A stretch of DNA of 64,000 bases, from NCBI GenBank assembly GCA_965140585.1, contig OZ223269.1, forward strand, positions 224,001 to 288,000. The letters are read 5' to 3'. The stretch's first letter is position 1. Each line of letters starts with the position of its first letter. Below are positions 1 through 9,222 of this stretch, in pieces. The translations under genes and the position numbers were made by a program. The notes under the pieces were generated by a model, which was not told where the DNA came from, made no database searches, and saw only the letters and a program-made list of their open reading frames with translations. This DNA comes from Spirochaetia bacterium. Lineage in GTDB: Bacteria; Spirochaetota; Spirochaetia; UBA9216.

Positions 1-30
1 ATTTCAAGGGTTTTTTTTGCGGCAGAATAT

Positions 31-624
31 CTAAAACTTGAAAACGGGTGTCAGTTTTCTAAACATTCTGTCCATACGTTCTACGAGGTCGTATCCTGCG
101 TCATGAACACACCAGTCAAAAACTATACCCCTGCTGACAATAAAAAGATAAACCGCAGTATCTCTCGAGCTCATATCCGAATTTAATTCATTATTTTCCT
201 GCCCCTTTGCAACAAGCTCAAAGAGATAGGTTATCATATATCTGTCTTCATCGATAAAGAGCTTATTTTTGGCATTGTATACCTGTGAGGTATTTTCAAA
301 TTTCTGTTTGGTCTGATATTCTGCGTAATATTTAAAGAAGATTATAATCTTTTCCCATGTATCTGCAGTAAGATTGTCCAGGGCAGGTGTAACTACTTCT
401 ATGAAATATTCATCTGCCTTACGATATAATTCATAAAAGACATCTTCTTTAGACTGATAATAATGGTAAAAAGTACCGACGGAAACTCCTGCTTTTTCAC
501 AGATATCTTCGATCGTCATGTTGTTGAAACCATTTTTTTCCATTAATTCTATAGCTACATCGAATATCTTTTTTCTTGTTCTGTTTGCCTGGATCTTGCG
601 CTTAGTTAATTTTTTTTCTGACAT
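31..624 (-). CDS. TetR/AcrR family transcriptional regulator
   Basis: N-terminal HTH (GFNNMTIEDICEKAGVSVGTFYHYYQSKEDV), 197 aa; paralog of 47016..47606. Confidence 0.95.
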   Translation of the reverse strand: MSEKKLTKRKIQANRTRKKIFDVAIELMEKNGFNNMTIEDICEKAGVSVGTFYHYYQSKEDVFYELYRKADEYFIEVVTPALDNLTADTWEKIIIFFKYYAEYQTKQKFENTSQVYNAKNKLFIDEDRYMITYLFELVAKGQENNELNSDMSSRDTAVYLFIVSRGIVFDWCVHDAGYDLVERMDRMFRKLTPVFKF

Positions 625-688
625 TTTACACCCGTATTGAACAAATGATTATTCGATTATATCACAGGTTCGTCCTGCGGTAAAAACA

Positions 689-704
689 AATGAATCAATT
701 CATT
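689..704. promoter_or_regulatory. Perfect 7-2-7 palindrome upstream of tetR, candidate autoregulatory operator
   Basis: AATGAAT-CA-ATTCATT, 65 bp upstream of the tetR start. Confidence 0.5.
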
Positions 705-719
705 GTAGTTAATTCGGTG

Positions 720-755
720 AAAAAAAAGCAGACCGGAATATTCTTCCGATCTGCT
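720..755 (-). terminator. Rho-independent terminator of the 4878-to-777 operon
   Basis: Minus strand GCAGATCGGAA-GAATA-TTCCGGTCTGC followed by a T tract. Confidence 0.8.
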
Positions 756-776
756 GAAATTGATAATGATTTGATT

Positions 777-2273
777 TTAAAAAAGTGAAGCTACATCAGA
801 AATTGATGAAACTCCATAATCACCGGAAATATAAAGAGTATTTCCTTCCCATTCCAGACAGGTAATTCCAACATAATCACCGGAAAGATAATCTGTTACA
901 GGCAGTGCGCTGTTGAATGGTACTGTGGCAGTATTATATACCGAAGAGTTCAAATCAATAATTATTAGTTCAAGAGGGGTGACACAGGCCAGATAGGTTC
1001 CCAAACCGCTTACAGTCATCATTGTAACTTTTTTTTCATCGGCTGCAATTTGCTTTTGATTCTCCAGTGCTTCGTCTGTACCGACATCTGCGGTCCATAT
1101 TCCGTCACTTGTTCCGAAATACAGAATCCCGGCAGCTTCCTCTATCGAGTATATCCGTTCTTCATACATTGTTGCTTCGGTTGATACAGGCGGCTTTGGA
1201 AAATAGTCTGAATAAGTTTCAGTATTAGAAGGTCCATTTTTATAACTAACATTAACCCTGTAGTTTCCGGCTTTTGAAAGGAAATATACCCATCCATTCG
1301 AGCCGTCAATATCGACTACCAGCATATCCCTGACAAGTCTGCCTTCAAGTGTAACGCCAGGATCAGATACAAGATCGCTGAGATCGACACTGCTCCAGTA
1401 GGCACTGCCGTCTGAATAATCGTAATAATTTATCATCATTCCAGCATCAAGCTGCGAAATGAAGACTTCATGTGTATCCGGAGCCAAATCAAAAATATTG
1501 GTATCTATGACAGAAAATGTTGAAGAGCTAATCAGGGTTGAGTTGATACCATCTGAAAATGATGTATGCATGGAATCAGCGGCTGTATCATAGGCAATAA
1601 TTCCGTTTCTGGTTCCGGCTGAAGATGTGTCAGAACTAATAAAGATGGAGGGTCTGCTGCCGGAGCTTAAATCCGTATTATAGAAAAGTCCTTCAGCTAT
1701 GGAGTTCAAAGAATATCCTGACGGCAGGGACGCAGGCGTACCTGTATTTGAATAAAGCGTAGCAGAATCAGCAGCATATAGAGTTGAATCAGTGTATACA
1801 ACCCCAACCATATTTTTGCCGGTCATGGCTGTTATCTGCGATGCAACTGCCGTTTTTGCTGTCAAGGCTCCACTAGAACTTCCTGTGCCTGCAACATATA
1901 CCGGTGCAGCACTGTTAGCTGTCTGTAAGGCGGTAAATAATCCCTCGCTGTCTTTTGTACCGATTGTAACGTATACATCGTAGCTGATTCCGGCTGGAAT
2001 CCCGTCGATTGTAAATGAGGCACCCTCTGCTGTATCAGTAATGACTGTTTCAAAATAATCAACCGATTCTTCGACAGGATTAAGATCATAGAAACTGTTC
2101 ATACCATCAGGCACAATCCACACTCTAGCTGTGTCTGCTGAAGAGCTTACGGCTTTTTCAAGGACTGATGAGAAATCCATTGAAATACTTCCTGAAGCAG
2201 TGCTCATTACTTCACAGGAAAATAAGGCGGCAAGAACTGCTGCGGTAATTATTAAAAAATTTATTTTTTTCAT
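777..2273 (-). CDS. Lipoprotein, Ser/Thr/Asp-rich, probably beta-rich (possible C-terminal propeller); function unknown
   Basis: Signal peptide ending in spirochaete-type lipobox LAALFSC; repeated LYFGT/LYISG-type strands near the C-terminus. Confidence 0.75.
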   Translation of the reverse strand: MKKINFLIITAAVLAALFSCEVMSTASGSISMDFSSVLEKAVSSSADTARVWIVPDGMNSFYDLNPVEESVDYFETVITDTAEGASFTIDGIPAGISYDVYVTIGTKDSEGLFTALQTANSAAPVYVAGTGSSSGALTAKTAVASQITAMTGKNMVGVVYTDSTLYAADSATLYSNTGTPASLPSGYSLNSIAEGLFYNTDLSSGSRPSIFISSDTSSAGTRNGIIAYDTAADSMHTSFSDGINSTLISSSTFSVIDTNIFDLAPDTHEVFISQLDAGMMINYYDYSDGSAYWSSVDLSDLVSDPGVTLEGRLVRDMLVVDIDGSNGWVYFLSKAGNYRVNVSYKNGPSNTETYSDYFPKPPVSTEATMYEERIYSIEEAAGILYFGTSDGIWTADVGTDEALENQKQIAADEKKVTMMTVSGLGTYLACVTPLELIIIDLNSSVYNTATVPFNSALPVTDYLSGDYVGITCLEWEGNTLYISGDYGVSSISDVASLF

Positions 2274-2284
2274 TCTATGCCTCC

Positions 2285-2950
2285 TTACTCTATTATTATC
2301 TCAAGCGAGCCGTATGACGAATAGCTGTAGCTGCCCATTGGACCGGACGGACCGCCGTTTTCGGTTTTGACCGTGCTTCCGTCAGTTGACGAGTCCTCTC
2401 GCTTTTCATCGGCGGGGTCAGTAGCTCTGCCGTCCCTGCCCATTCGGCTTTTTTCATTTGCCTGTACAAGCATTTCACGGGCCAGAGCCTGACCAATCAG
2501 TGCTACGGCTCCACGGTTAACGATAAGCTTTCTTCCATCGAATGTGAAATTGGTTCCTCTAACTGCAGCTGTTGATGACGGGCTCCTAAGTCTGAAATTA
2601 TGAGTAAGGCCGGTATCACGTTTTACTTCTGCGTTTACCTTTCCAACACGCAGAAACAGGCCGGTAGTCTGATTGCCTCCCTGCTGCATCAGTTCTTCAA
2701 GTTCAATTCTTGTAAGTGCATCAATTGTCAAAACAGATTCACCGGCTTCTATCACTGCAGAAGACCTGAAACCTGTGGAAATTGTCGAACCTTCCGGTAT
2801 GACATCACCTGGTGATGCTTTAACCCAGCTGCTGCTTCCGGGCTTCATAAGTTCTACTTTTCCTTTAGTTTCCTTCACAACTGCATTTGAAGCAGAAAAA
2901 ACCGGAACACTGATAAGGAAAATTAAAAATAATAATACGGTTTTTTTCAT
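2285..2950 (-). CDS. Secreted FecR-domain protein
   Basis: Start moved to MKKTVLL (GGAGGA RBS); signal peptide; FecR-like motifs GDVI..G.TISTG..S.A and LRSPSSTAAVRGT.F. Confidence 0.85.
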   Translation of the reverse strand: MKKTVLLFLIFLISVPVFSASNAVVKETKGKVELMKPGSSSWVKASPGDVIPEGSTISTGFRSSAVIEAGESVLTIDALTRIELEELMQQGGNQTTGLFLRVGKVNAEVKRDTGLTHNFRLRSPSSTAAVRGTNFTFDGRKLIVNRGAVALIGQALAREMLVQANEKSRMGRDGRATDPADEKREDSSTDGSTVKTENGGPSGPMGSYSYSSYGSLEIIIE

Positions 2951-3004
2951 AGTTTTGTCCTCCTGAACATTTAACCATGCAAAATGTCTGGTACTGAACT
3001 TCAA

Positions 3005-4417
3005 TTAGTAGCTGACCGATACGGTCAGACGGGCCAGAAATACAGCGCTTGTATCAAACTCTGAACCTTCGGCAAATGCATCCGATGCAGGCAGGAACAG
3101 TCCTGTCTGCAGAATACCGCCAAGATCAGAAAACGGCCTGAAGTTCATAGTTAAGTCTATCTCAGTACCCAGGTAATTTCCGGTAATATCAGGATTTATC
3201 CCGTTGTAGAGCAGCGGTGCATCAGTGCCGGCAAGGAAGAACGGTGCAGCCTTAAGCACTATCTGGGCAGAATCAATATATGAAAGGCTGCTTGATGACA
3301 GCGGTTTTATTGAGTAGCTGAGGGCGGTTGAAATAATATTTGAAACTCCCGGATTGAACACAAGAGCGGTATTAACCGGGGTTATTGGTGTGAACTGGGT
3401 GTAGTTACCCGATGTATTGCCTTCAAAATAACTGTCTGCATCTGAATCTCCGGTAGCAAAATTAAAACTCAGACTGATAACTGAATAGAGAATATCAGTC
3501 AGGTAATAATCTATGCTCATTCCCGTCATATGTGAAAAAATATCAGTGTATTGATACGAAAAGCCCGTTTCACTTTCGGAATCGGAAAGATATGAAAGGC
3601 TGCGACCGGTTCCGAAGTAGTAATATGCACTGTAATACAATGAATCTATTACAGGTCCGGATAAGCCGATTCCCGCATACTGAGTATCAACCGCACCGCC
3701 TCTGTTTGCGTAGAAAGTTTCTTCTCCTTCCTGCAGCAGAGCCGGTATATAATCAGATGAATAGGAGCCTATTGTATCCTGAAGACCTCTCAGATCCTCC
3801 TGTAAAATCAGGCTGAAAAAAAGGCTCTGCCTGGCAAACAGCTGTGGAACATTGACTGATATCATTTCTACGGCCCTTGGGCTTTGCAGCAGATTACCGC
3901 TTTCATAACTTGCTGTGTCTGTTTTAGAAAGTATTGTGAGCGGCGATGTCGTGAGAAGGCTTCCCGTCTTGTTGAAAAAGAGACCTGTATAACCTGCAGT
4001 CATCGACAATTCAACTTCAGGATAACTGAAGCTTACCGAGGCACCGTCAAGCTTCTGGTTTATTACCCTGGAGCTGAAATCCGAAGCGGTAAACCTTCCG
4101 ATTGTCGTGTTTAGAAGGTCGGGTCCGTAATCAGCATTTTTATAAACAGAAGTAAGTTTAAGATAATCCGGGCTGATATAGAAACCAATTGGTGTAGCTG
4201 AAAAAATAAAATCAAGCTTGGTTTCAAATGCCAGGTGTTCACCCCTGCCTGATTCAAACCAGAGCCCCAATGCCTCTTCATTCTGAAACCTGCCGTCGCC
4301 GGCCGTTGAATACGAGGTGGAGGAGGCCAGTGAGCCGCCGAAATCTACAGCTGATACTGTTGATAGGGGAAGGCTGATCACCATTACTGTAAAAATAAAT
4401 ATCTTTAACTTTTTCAC
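3005..4417 (-). CDS. Probable outer-membrane beta-barrel protein (alginate-export/AlgE-like motifs)
   Basis: Signal peptide; Y/F/G/S-rich amphipathic strands; FATGD and YLGTEIDL motifs; C-terminal beta-signal LARLTVSVSY. Confidence 0.7.
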   Translation of the reverse strand: MKKLKIFIFTVMVISLPLSTVSAVDFGGSLASSTSYSTAGDGRFQNEEALGLWFESGRGEHLAFETKLDFIFSATPIGFYISPDYLKLTSVYKNADYGPDLLNTTIGRFTASDFSSRVINQKLDGASVSFSYPEVELSMTAGYTGLFFNKTGSLLTTSPLTILSKTDTASYESGNLLQSPRAVEMISVNVPQLFARQSLFFSLILQEDLRGLQDTIGSYSSDYIPALLQEGEETFYANRGGAVDTQYAGIGLSGPVIDSLYYSAYYYFGTGRSLSYLSDSESETGFSYQYTDIFSHMTGMSIDYYLTDILYSVISLSFNFATGDSDADSYFEGNTSGNYTQFTPITPVNTALVFNPGVSNIISTALSYSIKPLSSSSLSYIDSAQIVLKAAPFFLAGTDAPLLYNGINPDITGNYLGTEIDLTMNFRPFSDLGGILQTGLFLPASDAFAEGSEFDTSAVFLARLTVSVSY

Positions 4418-4878
4418 TGTTCGGCCTCCTGCAGACTCAATAATTCTGAGAGCATGGTCAGGGCTTCCGTACCCCTGAGATTATTTCCCGGGTGGGCTTC
4501 AAAGTCTATGACGCCGAGATATGCAAGTTCACGCACAGCATATCTCGGCGAGGGAAACAGTCTGTACATAATTCCGCCCTTCATTTCAAGAGATTCCATC
4601 AGTATATAAGCGAACTCTCCAAGAGTTGCCGGCTGATCAGCAGTCTTTGAATTTTTATTTAAATCCCTGCTGCTGACAAGAGTGTAAGCTGCATCAATAT
4701 CTGCTTCATCATCAGCCATGCCTGTACCCAGTACGGCAAGATATGATGCTTCGCCATAGCTGATACTCTGTGATACAATAATGTTGTCGATGATTTCCGC
4801 TGATTGTGCATAAAGCTGAAATGCGGAAGACATAAATACCAGAAATACGATGCTTAGAAAAACTTTAAATTTTTGCAT
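4414..4878 (-). CDS. Small exported helical protein of unknown function (possibly SLH-like)
   Basis: Signal peptide ..QLYA/QS; ADQPATLGEFAYIL and GGIMYRLFPSPRYA segments; 4-bp overlap with the next gene. Confidence 0.7.
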   Translation of the reverse strand: MQKFKVFLSIVFLVFMSSAFQLYAQSAEIIDNIIVSQSISYGEASYLAVLGTGMADDEADIDAAYTLVSSRDLNKNSKTADQPATLGEFAYILMESLEMKGGIMYRLFPSPRYAVRELAYLGVIDFEAHPGNNLRGTEALTMLSELLSLQEAEQ

Positions 4879-4933
4879 ACCTTTTCTCCATTATATGCAT
4901 TATACTACTAGGAAATTGTAGCCCCTGCAATCA

Positions 4934-7669
4934 TTGCTTTCAATTTTTAAATACAGATTTTGGGATGGTAAAGTGGATTATAAAGTCATTGTTGCAATTC
5001 TGATAGTAATAGCTCTTTCTTTCATATCACTTTTCGGAGGCTTTGACAGACTTGAAAATCGTCTGTATGACACACTTCTGAAGATTAAGAGCGAAATTCC
5101 GGAAGATGACAGGATTTTACTTGTCGATATTGACGACACATCCATAGAGAAGGTCGGTGTCTGGCCCTGGAGCAGGGATATTGTAGCAGACGGGCTTATT
5201 ACCATGAAGGAGCTCGGTTCAGGTACTGCCGTTTTTGATATTGAGTATATTCAGAAAAGTCCTGTAGCCGTCGATCCTGACTATCTTAACAGTGAACTCC
5301 CGGCTTTATTTGATGAGAATTTTGAAATAATAAACGGTAATATTATAGAATTATTTGCAGCTGTTGCTGAGGGCTCCCTCTCTATTGAAGATGCTTCAGA
5401 CTATATATTGGAACTGACCGATCTTAACGATCAGACCAGAGACATGCTTCTTGAAAGAGTCCAGCATATTACAAAAGACAATGATGAATACTTTGCACAG
5501 GCTTCAAGGCTGTATGGTGATGTTTACTTCACTGTTAATATGCAGATGCTCGATGAAGTTAAAATAAGCGAATCCTTCAGAAAATGGATTATGGAAAATA
5601 TCCCCTATAATGATATTTCGGTAGAGACGGAAAATATAAAGAAATCTGTAAGTATTGATCCGGCTCTAGAACTGCTGTATCAGAATTCTATGGGGGCAGG
5701 ATTCCCGAATATTATAATTGACCCTGACGGTGTGAGACGCCGGATCGATACCTTTATTGAATACGACGGGAAATATTTTCCACAGCTTGTGATGACTCCC
5801 TTCCTTGACTGGCTGGGTCGACCGCATGTGGAGCTGACTGACAAGGAAATTGTATTAAAGGATGCGGAAATTCCCGGTACCAAGGTAAAAAAGGATATTA
5901 CTATTCCCAGAGCCGAAGACGGCACAGTTCTTATTAATTGGCCTGCAAAGGAGTACCTGGACAGTTTCAGGCATCTTTCATTCTACTATCTGGTTCTGCA
6001 TGACTGGCAGGAAGCTGATCTGATAAAAAATCTGAAACTGCTGGAAGATGACCAGTATTTTTATTATTACAATGGCGATCCTGATATTTTTGCGGGATAT
6101 GAATATGCGCAGTCAATTCGCACTGAACTCCTCAACGGCGGCGATCTTGATTACTTTGCTGATTACCGTGATTCAAGGGAGTACTTCTTCTCCGAGGTTG
6201 ATAAATTTCTGAACGGCGATACTGAGGCCGTTATTTCAGCTCAAATAGAAGATATCCTGGCTACGGAAGGACTCTCCGAGGATGAAACAGCAGAATATAC
6301 TGCAATCGCGCAACAGGTTAAGACAAATTTCGGGCAGGTACGTGCCATTTACGAAGATTATATGAAGACCAGGGATATTATCAAAAGCCGTGTGGACGGG
6401 TCCTTTTGTATAATAGGTTCTTCTGCCACTTCGACATTTGATCGCGGAGTTAATCCTTTTTCAAAGGAATATGCGAACGTAGGTACGCATGCATCATTGA
6501 TGAACATGATTATTCAGGATTCATTTCTTGATGATGCCCCGGAATGGATTTCAATAGCAATAGCAGTTCTGTTCTCATTGATGCTGATCCTCATAATCAG
6601 AAAGCTGGATGCCAGACCGTCGATCATATGGGGCATCGTAACTATCCTCATAATCGCAGGTGCTGAGGTTGCTATTTTTCTCCTTCTGGGAGTCTATATA
6701 CACCTGCTAGCCCCGGTTCTTTCTGTTTTCGGAATCTTTCTATTTATGAGCTTTATGAAATTTGTTGAAACTGCAAAAGAAAAAAGCTACATTCGAAATG
6801 CCTTTGGTCATTACCTGGCCCCTGCTGTTATTGAAAACCTTATAAAGGACCGTGATGATCTGCAACTTGGCGGCGTTGAAAAACATATGACAGCCATGTT
6901 CACCGATATAAAGGGTTTCTCTACTTTTTCAGAAAATATGGCGCCCGGTGAGCTTGTAAATCTGCTTAATAAGTATCTTACCGCAATGAGCAATATAATA
7001 ATGGAGCAGGGCGGTACCATAGACAAATATGAGGGTGATGCAATTATTGCCTTCTTTGGAGCACCTGTTGATTTCTCCGATCATGCGGTCAGGGCATGCC
7101 GTGCCGCAGTAAGGATGAAGAAAGAAGAAGAAATTCTTAACAGTAAGCTCAGGGAAGAAGGTTTGATTGATACAGATATGCTGACAAGAATAGGTGTCAA
7201 TACAGGCAATATGGTTGTCGGAAATATGGGTACTGCAAAAAAAATGGATTACACAATAATGGGTAATTCAGTTAACCTTGCGGCCAGGCTTGAAGGTGTT
7301 AATAAACAGTATGACTGCTGGAAGCTTATTAGTGCTTCAACTGCAGAGGAAATAGGTGATGAATTCCTTCTTCGTAAACTTGACCGGGTGCGTGTCGTCG
7401 GCATAAATGAACCTGTGAGACTCTATGAACTTATTGATGAAGCGGAATATGCGGATGATAAAATGATTGAAGCCGTGGATCTCTTTCACAAAGGCCTTTT
7501 CCATTTTGAAAACAAGGACTGGCAGGATGCTCTTGAGCTGTTTAGAAATGTTACAGAGCTTATACCGGATGACGGCCCTTCTGGAATTTATATCAAGCGC
7601 TGTATTGATCATCAGAGAAAGGCTCCCCCTGCAAACTGGGATGGTGTTTTTAATCTGAAAACCAAGTAG
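4934..7669 (+). CDS. CHASE2-domain transmembrane class III adenylate cyclase with C-terminal TPR-like tail
   Basis: CHASE2 motifs VDIDD..I..VG.WPWSR and D.DGVRRR; three TM helices; cyclase motifs FTDIKGFS, DKYEGDA, DYTIMGNSVNLAARLEG (Lys/Asp indicate ATP). Confidence 0.92.
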   Translation: MLSIFKYRFWDGKVDYKVIVAILIVIALSFISLFGGFDRLENRLYDTLLKIKSEIPEDDRILLVDIDDTSIEKVGVWPWSRDIVADGLITMKELGSGTAVFDIEYIQKSPVAVDPDYLNSELPALFDENFEIINGNIIELFAAVAEGSLSIEDASDYILELTDLNDQTRDMLLERVQHITKDNDEYFAQASRLYGDVYFTVNMQMLDEVKISESFRKWIMENIPYNDISVETENIKKSVSIDPALELLYQNSMGAGFPNIIIDPDGVRRRIDTFIEYDGKYFPQLVMTPFLDWLGRPHVELTDKEIVLKDAEIPGTKVKKDITIPRAEDGTVLINWPAKEYLDSFRHLSFYYLVLHDWQEADLIKNLKLLEDDQYFYYYNGDPDIFAGYEYAQSIRTELLNGGDLDYFADYRDSREYFFSEVDKFLNGDTEAVISAQIEDILATEGLSEDETAEYTAIAQQVKTNFGQVRAIYEDYMKTRDIIKSRVDGSFCIIGSSATSTFDRGVNPFSKEYANVGTHASLMNMIIQDSFLDDAPEWISIAIAVLFSLMLILIIRKLDARPSIIWGIVTILIIAGAEVAIFLLLGVYIHLLAPVLSVFGIFLFMSFMKFVETAKEKSYIRNAFGHYLAPAVIENLIKDRDDLQLGGVEKHMTAMFTDIKGFSTFSENMAPGELVNLLNKYLTAMSNIIMEQGGTIDKYEGDAIIAFFGAPVDFSDHAVRACRAAVRMKKEEEILNSKLREEGLIDTDMLTRIGVNTGNMVVGNMGTAKKMDYTIMGNSVNLAARLEGVNKQYDCWKLISASTAEEIGDEFLLRKLDRVRVVGINEPVRLYELIDEAEYADDKMIEAVDLFHKGLFHFENKDWQDALELFRNVTELIPDDGPSGIYIKRCIDHQRKAPPANWDGVFNLKTK

Positions 7670-7929
7670 ATTCGTAGTTAGGCGGATCTACAAATTTGTA
7701 AGTATAATAGTTAATTTTGATACCACATAAAACCCCGAATACCTGTTATAGTATTGGTGAAGTTAACCAATTAGACAGACTATATCTAAATTATTTTTGA
7801 AGCTACACCCTCTTATGAGGATAGTTATAAAATTTATTTTCTTTATCATGTTGTCTAAGTTATGAAAATGTAATATACGATTACGTAAAATATATACAGA
7901 CGGCAATATAGTATTAAGGAGTGATTTAA

Positions 7930-8925
7930 ATGATTAAAGCCAATTATGAATCAGATTGGAACAAAAGAAAAGAAATTCCACATGAAGAACTCTATACAAT
8001 TCCTCATGTAACTTTCGAAGAGTACTCAGAGAAGCTGAAAAATTGTCTGAAAATGACAAGAAAGAACGGAATCCTTGAGGCAAGAATGCACACACACGGC
8101 GGACCTGTACAGTGGAGTGCCGAGCTTCATCAGGGCCTTCATTACTTTTTTGACTGGGCAGGTAGAGATCCCGACAATGAGGTAATTATTCTTGGTGGTA
8201 TCGGACCTGATACTTTCAAGGGAATCGGTAGAATCAACAGGGAAACCGGCGAGTGGATGCCCTGTCGTGAATACGGTTCTGAACCAGACGAATCATGGAA
8301 GATGTACGACTACCAGTACTACGATGGAACAAATGACATCGAAGGACAAATTTTTGACCTTGAAGTTCCAACTATTGGTGTCTGGACTGGTGCTTCCTAC
8401 CATACTGACCTCGTTCTTTTCAGCGACATCACACTCGCTACAAAGGATGCATGGACAACTGAAATGCACTTCAGAACAAACATGGTTCCCGGTGACGGTA
8501 TCCAGATTGCATGGAGAGAGCTGATGGGAAGAAAGAGATTTGCTTATGCAGAGCTCACTGGTCAGATCATCACAGCAAAAATGGCTCTTGAATATGGTAT
8601 GATTAACGAAATCTGTGAAGATGTTGATGCTGCATACAAGAGAGCATGGGAAATTGCTGAACTTATCATGCATGCTGCAGGTAGAACAACAAGAAGAATT
8701 ACAACTCAGATTCTCAGAAAGCCATGGAAAGAAGACATTGCAAATGAACTTAGAGCTAGCTTTGCTTCTGAAATGTGGGTTACTGCAACTGACCATTCAC
8801 CGCATGAGGCAAAATACTGGGACGATGCTCATGAAGAAGCAAGACTCGTTCTGGCTGCAGAAAAAGAGGGTAAGGTTGTTAGACCAAAAATCGGCGGTGG
8901 AGAATTCGAAGTCGCTATCAAATAA
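7930..8925 (+). CDS. Crotonase-superfamily protein, 6-oxocamphor hydrolase (beta-diketone hydrolase)-like
   Basis: FEEYS, HT.GGP..W....H, D.DNEVIIL.G.G, EVP.I, H(TD), HF...VPGDG...W, LTGQ, RAWE.A recall the Rhodococcus OCH pattern. Confidence 0.75.
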   Translation: MIKANYESDWNKRKEIPHEELYTIPHVTFEEYSEKLKNCLKMTRKNGILEARMHTHGGPVQWSAELHQGLHYFFDWAGRDPDNEVIILGGIGPDTFKGIGRINRETGEWMPCREYGSEPDESWKMYDYQYYDGTNDIEGQIFDLEVPTIGVWTGASYHTDLVLFSDITLATKDAWTTEMHFRTNMVPGDGIQIAWRELMGRKRFAYAELTGQIITAKMALEYGMINEICEDVDAAYKRAWEIAELIMHAAGRTTRRITTQILRKPWKEDIANELRASFASEMWVTATDHSPHEAKYWDDAHEEARLVLAAEKEGKVVRPKIGGGEFEVAIK

Positions 8926-8945
8926 TCATTTATTTATGATTATTC

Positions 8946-8978
8946 AGACCGTCAGTCCAATGGGCTGGCGGTTTTTTT
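8946..8978 (+). terminator. Rho-independent terminator
   Basis: GACCGTCAGTCC-AAT-GGGCTGGCGGTT plus T tract right after the stop. Confidence 0.85.
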
Positions 8979-9030
8979 ATACACAGATATGATAATTGCT
9001 AATCATTTAGGTTAAAAAACAGAAATTGAC

Positions 9031-9101
9031 AAAAAAAGGCTGCCCGGGTAACACCCGAACAGCCGGGAAAATCCTGAAAGAGGAGAATCAGAATTTTCCT
9101 T
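9031..9101 (-). ncRNA. Candidate ~71-nt small RNA: hairpin with anti-SD loop plus intrinsic terminator
   Basis: Two 12-bp stems whose three non-Watson-Crick pairs are all G-U on the minus strand only; loop UUCUCCUCUU; U7 tail; promoter directly upstream; no minus-strand CDS to terminate. Confidence 0.7.
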
Positions 9102-9107
9102 ATTAAG

Positions 9108-9136
9108 ATTATATAACCTAGGACACTGCACTGCAA
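9108..9136 (-). promoter_or_regulatory. Sigma70-type promoter for the candidate sRNA
   Basis: TTGCAG-17 nt-TATAAT, placing the TSS near 9101. Confidence 0.7.
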
Positions 9137-9185
9137 TACACTAAATGTTCAAAATAAATTGAAATATCTTTTGTTGATTATAAAA

Positions 9186-9202
9186 AATATACTCAGTATA
9201 TT
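9186..9202. promoter_or_regulatory. Perfect palindrome, candidate repressor operator
   Basis: AATATACT-C-AGTATATT, 20 bp upstream of the 9223 start. Confidence 0.5.
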
Positions 9203-9222
9203 GATAGAATAGGAGTATCGTT

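Noticed and set aside
9078-9150. Type I toxin ORF opposite the candidate sRNA (plus-strand AGGAG)
   Set aside because: No ATG/GTG/TTG at usable spacing after the SD-like sequence and no hydrophobic short ORF
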